From positions 1 to 12,095 of the forward strand of contig JBHICG010000091.1 of NCBI GenBank assembly GCA_046759445.1: 12,095 nt of DNA. The letters are read 5' to 3'. The position numbers and the translations under genes are program-made. The number at the start of each line of letters is the position of its first letter. Position 1 is the first letter of the stretch. Source of the stretch: Candidatus Scalinduaceae bacterium. Lineage in GTDB: Bacteria > Planctomycetota > Brocadiia > Brocadiales > Scalinduaceae. Under the pieces are notes generated by a model that worked only from the letters and a program-made list of their open reading frames with translations, did no database searches and was not told where the DNA came from. Shown in pieces: positions 1-7,433 of this stretch.

Positions 1-44
1 GGCGTTAAATGATTTAGACAATACTCTAATGCTAAAGTGAAACT

Positions 45-63
45 CTCCATCCACAGGGTGGGG
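45..63. repeat. Short GC-rich hairpin (REP-like or IS200/IS605-end-like)
   Basis: CTCCATCC-ACA-GGGTGGGG folds into an 8-bp stem (two G-T pairs) with a 3-nt loop. It is GC-rich in AT-rich intergenic DNA and has no following U-tract. Confidence 0.35.
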
Positions 64-82
64 CATCTTAAAGAAATATTAT

Positions 83-1321
83 TTGTTAGAAGTGATAAAA
101 AAACACACAAATTGTCGATCCTGTAAACAAACTCAACTTGAAGTTTTTTTGAGCTTGGGCCAGACACCTCTTGCCGATCGTCTGCTCACGGAGGAACAAC
201 TCAAACAGACAGAACCAACCTACCCACTTGAGGTTGCTTTCTGTCATAAATGTGGATTGGTACAGATATTAGAAACTGTATCACCAGAAGTTCTATTTTA
301 CAACGACTACCCGTATTACTCCTCTTTCTCACCTTATCTTTTACGGCATTCTAGAGAAAACGTCCTTGACTTAATCAAGTCATACAACCTTGACTCAAAT
401 AGCTTTGTTATAGAGTTAGCTAGTAATGATGGATATCTCCTAAAAAACTATGTTGAAGAGGGAATTCCGTGTCTTGGTATCGATCCGGTAGAGGGACTAT
501 CAAAGGCCGCTGAGAATGTAGGAGTACCAACATTATGTACATATTTTAGTAAGGATTTGGCCAGGCAATTACGCGGAGAGGGGAGAAGGGCTGATGTCAT
601 CCACGCAAATAATGTACTGGCTCATGTAGCTAATACCAATGATTTTGTGGAAGGCATTGGTATTTTATTAAAAGATAATGGGGTTGCCGTCATAGAAGTA
701 CCATATGTGAAGGATATGATTGATCACTGTGAGTTTGACACGATTTATCATGAGCATCTTTGCTATTTTTCGGTAACGGCATTAGACAACTTATTTAGAA
801 GACACTCACTTTTCCTTAATAAAGTAAAACGCATACCTATTCATGGTGGATCATTGCGTCTTTTTGTGGGTGTTAAGGAAGAATTAGATGAGTCTGTTCA
901 ATCGCTTCTGGACGAGGAAACAGCCAAGGGGGTTAATAATTTTAGTTATTATGATGATTTTGCGATTAAGGTTAGTGAGATAAAAGAATCTTTGCATAAT
1001 CTGTTGACTAATCTTAAAACTGAAGGGAAGATTATTGCAGCATATGGTGCTGCCGCCAAGGGAAGTACATTGATTAACTATGTAGATATTAGCCAGGAAA
1101 TCATTGACTTTGTCGTTGATCTAAACATTCATAAACATGATCGATATATGCCGGGAAAACATTTACCTATATATGCACCAGAAAAACTATTAGAAGAAAG
1201 ACCTGACTATGTACTGCTCCTGGCGTGGAATTTTGCAAAGGAAATCATGCAGCAGCAGGAAGTTTATCGGCAAAAGGGTGGAAAGTTTATTATCCCTATT
1301 CCCTATCCCAAAATTATTTAA
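83..1321 (+). CDS. NDP-hexose C-methyltransferase (TcaB9/NovU family; Zn-binding N-terminus, class I SAM domain, C-terminal domain)
   Basis: 412 aa, TTG start. Zn ligands CRSC...CHKC; YPYYSS; SAM motif [44 protein letters not shown]. All are typical of sugar C3-methyltransferases. Confidence 0.9.
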   Translation: MLEVIKKHTNCRSCKQTQLEVFLSLGQTPLADRLLTEEQLKQTEPTYPLEVAFCHKCGLVQILETVSPEVLFYNDYPYYSSFSPYLLRHSRENVLDLIKSYNLDSNSFVIELASNDGYLLKNYVEEGIPCLGIDPVEGLSKAAENVGVPTLCTYFSKDLARQLRGEGRRADVIHANNVLAHVANTNDFVEGIGILLKDNGVAVIEVPYVKDMIDHCEFDTIYHEHLCYFSVTALDNLFRRHSLFLNKVKRIPIHGGSLRLFVGVKEELDESVQSLLDEETAKGVNNFSYYDDFAIKVSEIKESLHNLLTNLKTEGKIIAAYGAAAKGSTLINYVDISQEIIDFVVDLNIHKHDRYMPGKHLPIYAPEKLLEERPDYVLLLAWNFAKEIMQQQEVYRQKGGKFIIPIPYPKII

Positions 1322-1381
1322 GGGACTTGGCTAAAATAGAGTACATGGATGTTCGTATTGTCAAGACAATGAGAAAGAAAT

Positions 1382-2257
1382 ATGAAAAAAATTATTAAGA
1401 GCAAATTGGCAAGTTACAAGAATAGACTGAACTCAAACGACAATTCAGTCACTATTATAAAACCAAGTTCTGGATGGAGAGTTATAAATTTTAAAGAATT
1501 AAAGGATTATCGGGATCTTTTTTATTTCCTTGTCTGGCGTGATATTAAGGTGCTATATGCTCAAACGATATTGGGATTTGCCTGGGCCATATTGCAACCG
1601 CTAATACAGATCGTTATTTTTACAGTTGTTTTTGGAAAAGTAGCCAAGTTATCAACAGAAGGTATACCTTATATTCTGTTTTCAACTGTTGCCGTTATTC
1701 CATGGACATACATGTCGCAGTCAATGACCCTATCAAGTCAGAGCCTTGTGCAAGGACAGCATATGCTTGGAAAGATATATTTTCCAAGGTTGATTTTCCC
1801 AGCAACCCCTATTTTATCTAAAATGGTTGATTTCGGGATTTCTATGTTGATTATATTTGGAGTAATTATCTATTATCGTGTCCAGCCGACATGGAACCTG
1901 CTTCTCTTCCCACTTTTTGTTGTGCTTATGATGAGCATTCCTGCAGGTATTGGTGTGTGGTTATCTGCAATGGCCATTCGATTTCGTGATATAAGGTATG
2001 CAATGTCTTTTGTTATTAAAATGCTTATTTATTCAGCACCAATCGTCTATTCAGCATCATCAATACCAGAAAAATATCGCATCATCTATTCATTGAATCC
2101 AATTGTGGGTGTTATAGAAGGATATAGAGCTTGTTTGCTAGGCACACCTATGCCGTGGAACTATGTCTGGCCGGGTATAATTACCGCCTTCATATTACTA
2201 ATTAGCGGTATGTTATATTTCAAACGCATGGAACGTGTGTTTGTGGATGTAATCTAA
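1382..2257 (+). CDS. wzm: ABC-2 type polysaccharide export permease
   Basis: 291 aa with multiple hydrophobic segments. YRDLFYFLVWRDIKVLYAQTILGFAWAILQP, KIYFPR, FRDI, LNPI and terminal FVDVI are characteristic of Wzm. wzt lies downstream. Confidence 0.93.
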   Translation: MKKIIKSKLASYKNRLNSNDNSVTIIKPSSGWRVINFKELKDYRDLFYFLVWRDIKVLYAQTILGFAWAILQPLIQIVIFTVVFGKVAKLSTEGIPYILFSTVAVIPWTYMSQSMTLSSQSLVQGQHMLGKIYFPRLIFPATPILSKMVDFGISMLIIFGVIIYYRVQPTWNLLLFPLFVVLMMSIPAGIGVWLSAMAIRFRDIRYAMSFVIKMLIYSAPIVYSASSIPEKYRIIYSLNPIVGVIEGYRACLLGTPMPWNYVWPGIITAFILLISGMLYFKRMERVFVDVI

Positions 2258-2262
2258 GAGAA

Positions 2263-2293
2263 TTGTTTGTTGATTGTTGTTAGTTGTAAGTTG
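2263..2293. repeat. Outer 7-nt-periodic repeat, left arm
   Basis: TTGTTTG TTGATTG TTG TTAGTTG TAAGTTG. 2278-2293 is the reverse complement of 2766-2781 at 15/16 positions. Confidence 0.75.
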
Positions 2294-2310
2294 CAAAATT
2301 AAATAAATAG

Positions 2311-2379
2311 ATGCCAAAGAGTGCGTTTGAGAATCTTTGTATTTATCGGTTGGCAGAAGAGATAGCTATAGAGAACTGA
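2311..2379 (+). pseudogene. Four-helix-bundle protein (TIGR02436 / 23S rRNA-IVS protein family) remnant A, N-terminus
   Basis: ATG at 2311 gives MPKSAFENLCIYRLAEEIA-IEN*. F-E-x-L-x-[VI]-Y-x-x-A is the family's N-terminal signature. Resemblance ends near 2367. Confidence 0.7.
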
Positions 2380-2406
2380 ATTCATGTTGGGGAAGTTTTA
2401 AATGTG

Positions 2407-2448
2407 AAATTCGAATATCGAAATCCCTGACTGCGGGCAGGCGAAACA
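2407..2448. repeat. Inner 7-nt-periodic repeat, left arm, interrupted by a 16-nt palindrome
   Basis: AAATTCG AATATCG AAATC[CCTGACTGCGGGCAGG]CG AAACA. Without the insert it matches the reverse complement of 2577-2602 at 20/26 positions. Confidence 0.7.
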
Positions 2449-2450
2449 GT

Positions 2451-2513
2451 TTGATAAAAGAGGCTCCAGAATTGATGAATATATTTAGTTCAATATTGCA
2501 CAAGAGCAAATAA
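2451..2513 (+). pseudogene. Four-helix-bundle protein remnant B, C-terminus
   Basis: Translates as LIKEAPELMNIFSSILHKSK*, an amphipathic helix resembling the family's L-x-x-E-A-x-E-L-x-x-I-F C-terminal helix. It lies between the inner inverted repeats; the 5' part of the gene is absent. Confidence 0.6.
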
Positions 2514-2576
2514 TACTAAAAGATTAGAAAACTAAATCAAATATTTTAAAAAATTTGGTCATTTTATTTTAGAATT

Positions 2577-2609
2577 TGTTTCGTATTTCGTGCTTGGGAT
2601 TTCGAATTT
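2577..2609. repeat. Inner 7-nt-periodic repeat, right arm
   Basis: TGTTTCGTATTTCGTGCTTGGGATTTCGAATTT; its reverse complement reads AAATTCG AAATCCC AAGCACG AAATACG AAACA. Confidence 0.7.
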
Positions 2610-2689
2610 TAAATAATAATAGGTAATAGCTTACCAATAAACTCAAAGTTTCACACTTCAACTTAAACACGAATGAAGGAATAAAAATT

Positions 2690-2737
2690 TTAAGTACCTA
2701 TATTAATTCAATAGGAAGAAAAGCAACAAGCGACTAA
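2690..2737 (+). pseudogene. Four-helix-bundle protein remnant A, C-terminus
   Basis: Translates as LSTYINSIGRKATSD*, resembling the L-N-A-Y-I-x-S-I-G ending I recall for the subfamily whose N-terminus is at 2311. The outer right repeat arm follows. Confidence 0.6.
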
Positions 2738-2750
2738 CAACATAGAACGG

Positions 2751-2781
2751 ACAACAAACCACCAACAACTCACAACTAACA
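2751..2781. repeat. Outer 7-nt-periodic repeat, right arm
   Basis: ACAACAA ACCACCA ACAACTC ACAACTA ACA, inverted relative to 2263-2293 and ending 7 nt before the wzt ATG. Confidence 0.75.
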
Positions 2782-2788
2782 TATAATT

Positions 2789-4114
2789 ATGAACTCCAAC
2801 GACATAGCTATCAAAGTAGATAATTTGGGTAAGTGCTACCGTATTGGATTGAAAGAGAATATGCACGATAACTTTGGTAGTGCTTTTTTTGATTTTTTAA
2901 AGAGCCCAATTAAAAATTATCGCAAATACCGATCACTTTACAAATTTGACGAAGTAGTAACAGATCAAGAAAGTTACTTTAATAATAAAGTGTCTAGTAT
3001 CATTTGGGCCTTGAGAGATGTTTCATTTGAGGTAAAGCGAGGAGATGTACTTGGGGTTATTGGAGGAAACGGAGCCGGCAAATCCACCCTCCTTAAGATT
3101 CTTTCCAAGGTTACTGATCCAACAGCCGGACGTGTTGAATTCAAAGGAAGGATTTCAAGTCTCTTAGAAGTAGGTACTGGATTTCATCCAGAACTTACAG
3201 GAAGAGAAAATGTATATCTTAACGGTGCTATCCTGGGTATGAGAAAAAGAGAGATAGACCGTAAGTTTGACGAAATCGTAGATTTTTCTGGTGTTGAACG
3301 ATTTATTGATACGCCAGTAAAACGATACTCGACAGGGATGAAGGTGCGTCTTGCCTTTTCAGTGGCTGCCCATATGGAGCCGGAAATTCTGATGGTGGAT
3401 GAGGTTCTAGCAGTAGGAGATGCGGCATTTCAGAAGAAGTGTTTGGGCAAGATGAGTGATGTGGTAAAGGAAGGCAGGACAATATTGTTTGTGAGTCATA
3501 ACATGACAGCAATGCAACAGTTAACTAAAAATAGTATATTATTGCAAGAGGGGAGACTTATCTATAAAGGAACTACTGAAGATGTCATTAACCGATATCT
3601 TGAAGCTTCAATGAATTATACTACCACAGTTTATCACGTAGAGAAGACTCCCAGAAGGTATAAAAAGCTCAGTCAGCAAGTCGAATTTCTCAGTCTTGAG
3701 ATAGAAAATTCTTCCACAAAACTTTTGCCTGCTGATGCGGAAATACCCATACTAATTACTGTGCGAGGTAACGAATCTGTTAACAAGTTTAGATTTAGTA
3801 TGACGATCTTTAGATTGAATGGTACACCAGTAGGTAATTTATTCGGGTTTGAAAATAATGCGATAAAAAAGGGCGAGATGGCTACTTTCAGAATGAGATT
3901 AAATGATCTTAGACTTGCCCATGGTAGGTACTATTGTGCATTAGCTGTAGGTAAGGGTAATCATATACAAGGACGTATTGAATTTGATATTATCAATGAT
4001 GTATTGCATTTTGAAGTTATGCCTGAGAAAGGAGTCAAAGGTGTGATAACTGAGTGGGGTCAAGATTGGGGGGCGATTCGATTCAAAGAACCAACTGTAG
4101 CTAGGATCGCATAG
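2789..4114 (+). CDS. wzt: Polysaccharide ABC transporter ATP-binding protein with C-terminal Wzt_C-like domain
   Basis: 441 aa. WALRDVSF, Walker A GGNGAGKST, GFHPELTGRENV, signature YSTGM, Walker B ILMVDE, H-loop VSH, then a long beta-rich C-terminal extension. Confidence 0.95.
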   Translation: MNSNDIAIKVDNLGKCYRIGLKENMHDNFGSAFFDFLKSPIKNYRKYRSLYKFDEVVTDQESYFNNKVSSIIWALRDVSFEVKRGDVLGVIGGNGAGKSTLLKILSKVTDPTAGRVEFKGRISSLLEVGTGFHPELTGRENVYLNGAILGMRKREIDRKFDEIVDFSGVERFIDTPVKRYSTGMKVRLAFSVAAHMEPEILMVDEVLAVGDAAFQKKCLGKMSDVVKEGRTILFVSHNMTAMQQLTKNSILLQEGRLIYKGTTEDVINRYLEASMNYTTTVYHVEKTPRRYKKLSQQVEFLSLEIENSSTKLLPADAEIPILITVRGNESVNKFRFSMTIFRLNGTPVGNLFGFENNAIKKGEMATFRMRLNDLRLAHGRYYCALAVGKGNHIQGRIEFDIINDVLHFEVMPEKGVKGVITEWGQDWGAIRFKEPTVARIA

Positions 4115-4183
4115 AACTAACCAAAATAAATTAAGTTATATGTAATGACTTTAATCTATAAGTAATTATTAAGTGGAAATAAA

Positions 4184-4942
4184 ATGGCCAATATTACTTC
4201 CTTTGATGTCTTTGACACAGTTTTGACTCGAACAGTCGGTTCGCCTACATCGGTCTTCTTACTTTTAGGCCGACGACTACACAACATGGCGCTGATCGAT
4301 TGCACACCTGAAGCCTTTGCCCGTGCTCGTTTCAAAGCGGGGGTTCGGGCCCTGAAAAACGCAGACCATAGAGAAGTGGCACTGTTTCAAATTTACACTG
4401 AACTTGGCGCTGCACTAAGACTGACGGAAGAACAATCTAACCGGTTAATGCACCTTGAAATTAAGATGGAGGCTGAATTAATTAGGGCAGTGCCTGGTGC
4501 ACAAGACCGGGTAAGGAATGCTCGTGCTCAATCTCAACGTGTGGTGTTCTTGTCCGATATGTATTTAACCTCTACGTTTATACAGAACCAGTTAAAGAAA
4601 CATAAAATGTGGTCAGACAGAGATAAACTATTTGTATCGTGTGAATATGCAAAAAAGAAGGCATCGGGTGAGCTTTACCGAGAATTTCTACTCAGTGAAG
4701 GTGTTTTGCCTGAAAGTGTGTTACATTCTGGTAACGATCATAAAGCAGACAATCACTCTGCAAAACGCGTTGGGATTCAAGTCGATCCATTCTTAGATGC
4801 CAATCTAAATCGATATGAACAAATTCTTGAGTCATATAACTGGGTCACGGAGGGATTATCATCCGTCATGGCAGGAGCATCTCGATTGGCACGCTTGAAT
4901 ATTCCAGCATATAGCACAAAAGAGAAAGTATTGTCATCATAA
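4184..4942 (+). CDS. HAD-superfamily hydrolase of polysaccharide loci, probably C-terminally truncated
   Basis: Motif I SFDVFDTVLTR, motif II FLSDMYL, conserved K in KKKASG, motif IV-like HSGNDHKAD. The end abuts an out-of-frame fragment of a different gene. Confidence 0.75.
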   Translation: MANITSFDVFDTVLTRTVGSPTSVFLLLGRRLHNMALIDCTPEAFARARFKAGVRALKNADHREVALFQIYTELGAALRLTEEQSNRLMHLEIKMEAELIRAVPGAQDRVRNARAQSQRVVFLSDMYLTSTFIQNQLKKHKMWSDRDKLFVSCEYAKKKASGELYREFLLSEGVLPESVLHSGNDHKADNHSAKRVGIQVDPFLDANLNRYEQILESYNWVTEGLSSVMAGASRLARLNIPAYSTKEKVLSS

Positions 4943-5019
4943 TGAATCTAATCTATCGTGATGAGATGCAACAGAGTTTTGGTAATATAGGCTTAACTAC
5001 AAAACTTATAACAGTTTGA
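4930..5019 (+). pseudogene. C-terminal remnant of an additional C-methyltransferase-like paralog
   Basis: IVIIMNLIYRDEMQQSFGNIGLTTKLITV* aligns without gaps, including the stop position, to the ends of 6231..7412 (FVIVMNPVYREEIEKDINRMGLSPKILTL*) and 7434..8636 (IIIVMNPIYLDEIRQITESMNITAKFVKT*). Confidence 0.85.
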
Positions 5020-5120
5020 TTGTGTAGCTGGAAACTTGTAGAGATGAGGAATAAGTCAACTATCACAGAAAACTTGTGCACCGTTTGTTTCCCAACAGGA
5101 GGAATATACTTGATAAGCGT

Positions 5121-5999
5121 ATGGTAGAACCTACATTTCTTTTAATTGGCGCTCAGAAATCAGGAACAACATGGTTGTCTGCAATGTTGACACAGCATCC
5201 TGAGGTGTTTATCCCCAGACAGAAGGAACTTCAATTTTTTAACATCAGTTATAATTATGATAAAGGTATTGACTGGTACCGAAACCAGTTTTCAGGATAT
5301 TCAGGAGAAAAAGCGGTTGGGGAGTGTACGCCTAACTATCTCTGGGTTTGTGACGGACCCAATTCTCTTCAGGCCGAAAGGAAGGCACTTGGTAAACCTA
5401 TAATAGTCTTCCGAAAGTATCCTTGCGTGATTCGAAACATTCCTGAACTCGTTCACAATCACTTTCCGGAACAAAAGCTGATTGTAATCTTGCGCAACCC
5501 AATTGAACGTGCCATATCAAGCTTCTACCATGCAATACGTTCAAGAAAAATATCACCAAGATGTAGCCTCATAGATGTGGGAGGCGAGCAGGGTATCCTG
5601 GGGATGAGTTTCTACTATCGACACCTTTTGGAATGGCTAAAATTTTTCCAGAGAGAAAGGTTCCTCATTCTTATTTATGAAGAGGATATCGTTATAAATA
5701 AGCAAGATACTATAAGGCGAGTCTTTGAGCATATTGAGGTCGATAAAAGCTTCAAGCCGCAGAATCTTGAAGCACGTTACAATGAACGTTCCGGCTATCT
5801 TTTTATGTATTTGAACTATTATTTTCCATTTCTTGCACGCCGGCTATTTAAACGAGTCCCCCAATTACACAAGTTGAATCATCAGATTAAAAAGATAGCA
5901 CACGATGATGTGAGACGACTCCATCACCTTTATGATGCTGAGAATAAACTGCTTGAGGCATTACTGGGCCGCTCCCTCGCGGTCTGGAATCGATTTTGA
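5121..5999 (+). CDS. PAPS-dependent sulfotransferase (heparan-sulfate-sulfotransferase-like bacterial family)
   Basis: 5'-PSB loop FLLIGAQKSGTTWL, KELQFF, GECTPNYL, 3'-PB motif ILRNPIERAISSF. ATG 5121 is preferred over GTG 5076 because the domain begins right after it. Confidence 0.9.
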   Translation: MVEPTFLLIGAQKSGTTWLSAMLTQHPEVFIPRQKELQFFNISYNYDKGIDWYRNQFSGYSGEKAVGECTPNYLWVCDGPNSLQAERKALGKPIIVFRKYPCVIRNIPELVHNHFPEQKLIVILRNPIERAISSFYHAIRSRKISPRCSLIDVGGEQGILGMSFYYRHLLEWLKFFQRERFLILIYEEDIVINKQDTIRRVFEHIEVDKSFKPQNLEARYNERSGYLFMYLNYYFPFLARRLFKRVPQLHKLNHQIKKIAHDDVRRLHHLYDAENKLLEALLGRSLAVWNRF

Positions 6000-6159
6000 A
6001 AAGGACTATAGAGGAAGGATGTAATAGTTCTGATTTAGAGCATTTGTACAATGGGTGACAGACTAAAGAAAAGAAGGTTTTTTGATGCCTTTTCCTGAGA
6101 AATGAGATCTGCATCTGCCTTGAAGAAGGTATAAGTATAAAGATGATTAGAGACTTACT

Positions 6160-6189
6160 TTGACTACTTCAAGAATAGTACATCATAAT
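6160..6189 (+). promoter_or_regulatory. Candidate sigma70 promoter
   Basis: TTGACT-18 nt-CATAAT in the 231-bp spacer upstream of 6231. The AT-rich context makes a chance match possible. Confidence 0.3.
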
Positions 6190-6230
6190 CAAATATTATA
6201 AAAATTAATCATGTATAGAAACGTTCCACA

Positions 6231-7412
6231 ATGAAACATAATTCTTGCCCAAACTGCGGTTCAGAAAATATTTTAGTATTTTATGAACTGAGTAGTGTTC
6301 CCGTACAGAGTGTTCTGCTCATGCCTACCAGGGAAATGGCTGTAAATTATCCTAAAGGGGACATATTACTTGGATTCTGTGAGGAATGTGGATTTATCTA
6401 CAACACAGCTTTTGATCCTACTTTACTAGAGTATTCATCTACTTATGAATCAACACAGGCATTCTCACCCACATTCAATGTTTTTGCCCGTAATTTAGCT
6501 ACTCGTCTGATAGATCGCTATGACTTGCATGATAAAGTTGTACTTGAAATAGGCTGTGGGAATGGCGAATTTCTCTCAAGGCTTTGTGAACTGGGGCATA
6601 ACCGTGGAATTGGTTTTGATCCAGCTTATGAAGAAAAACGTACTGACAGTGAAGCAAATTCGAGGATCACCTATATAAAGGACTACTTTTCTGAAAAATA
6701 TACTGGCTATAAGGCAGACTTTGTCTGTTGTAGAATGACACTGGAACACATACAGAACAACGCCGACATTATCGGCACAATCAGAAACTCTATAGGAAAA
6801 CGATCAGATACAATAGTTTTTTTTCAGGTACCTAATGTCACACGCCTGTTGCGTGACTGCTTATTTGAAGACATCTATTACGAACACTGTTCCTATTTTA
6901 GTCCAGGGTCTTTGACAAGGCTGTTTCGCAAATGTGGTTTCAATGTTCTCCAGCTAGAGACGGACTATGATGATCAGTATCTCATGTTAGAAGCCAAACC
7001 GGGTAACGGAACATTGTTACCTTCCCTTCTATCCCAGAAAGAAGACCTTGAGAAGCTCAAAGACTATGTATCAGGCTTTCCAGAAAAATTCGAATCCAAG
7101 TTTTCCACTTGGCAAAATCAATTAAATGAAATTAACGTAAATGGTCATCGTGCTGTTTTGTGGGGATCCAGTTCTAAGGGTGTCTCATTTCTGACAACGC
7201 TTAAGATTAGGGCAGAGATAAAATATGTGGTAGATATTAACCCCTACAGGCAGGGCACATATATGGCTGGGACCGGGCAAGAGATTGTCACTCCGGATTT
7301 TCTAAAAACATATAAACCTGATTTTGTGATTGTCATGAATCCTGTATATCGTGAAGAAATCGAAAAGGATATCAACCGAATGGGCTTGTCCCCGAAAATA
7401 TTAACACTATGA
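6231..7412 (+). CDS. Class I SAM-dependent methyltransferase, divergent sugar C-methyltransferase-like
   Basis: 393 aa. CPNC...CEEC Zn ligands, LEIGCGNG SAM motif, TLEHI, FQVPN, DIYYEHCSYFS, WGSSSKG, VVDINP. Confidence 0.88.
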   Translation: MKHNSCPNCGSENILVFYELSSVPVQSVLLMPTREMAVNYPKGDILLGFCEECGFIYNTAFDPTLLEYSSTYESTQAFSPTFNVFARNLATRLIDRYDLHDKVVLEIGCGNGEFLSRLCELGHNRGIGFDPAYEEKRTDSEANSRITYIKDYFSEKYTGYKADFVCCRMTLEHIQNNADIIGTIRNSIGKRSDTIVFFQVPNVTRLLRDCLFEDIYYEHCSYFSPGSLTRLFRKCGFNVLQLETDYDDQYLMLEAKPGNGTLLPSLLSQKEDLEKLKDYVSGFPEKFESKFSTWQNQLNEINVNGHRAVLWGSSSKGVSFLTTLKIRAEIKYVVDINPYRQGTYMAGTGQEIVTPDFLKTYKPDFVIVMNPVYREEIEKDINRMGLSPKILTL

Positions 7413-7433
7413 TATGGAATTTTTTTTAAGACC

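Noticed and set aside
1..40. GGCGTTAAAT resembles an attC R' end (GTTRRRY at 4-10); alternatively 2-40 is the tail of an upstream gene (ALNDLDNTLMLK*)
   Set aside because: Both readings need sequence upstream of the window, and a 7-mer match alone is uninformative.
2626..2648. Possible C-terminal trace of a third four-helix-bundle gene (NS-LTNKLK with a frameshift)
   Set aside because: Too short and requires an assumed frameshift.
2311..2737. Diversity-generating retroelement, suggested by the Avd-like four-helix-bundle family
   Set aside because: No reverse transcriptase and no template/variable repeat pair differing at adenines in the window.
2263..2781. CRISPR array or classical IS
   Set aside because: The repeats are short degenerate heptads in inverted orientation without unique spacers; no transposase motifs or clear target duplication.
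4116..4141. AACTAAC...GTTATAT after wzt as an attC
   Set aside because: Far too short and lacks L boxes or an internal stem.
4915..4945. Programmed -1 frameshift fusing the HAD protein to the methyltransferase tail
   Set aside because: No canonical slippery heptamer or stimulatory structure, and the fusion would add only a 29-aa domain fragment. A deletion explains it more simply.
5076..5120. GTG-initiated N-terminal extension of the first sulfotransferase
   Set aside because: No SD before the GTG and the domain starts right after ATG 5121. The start remains unproven.
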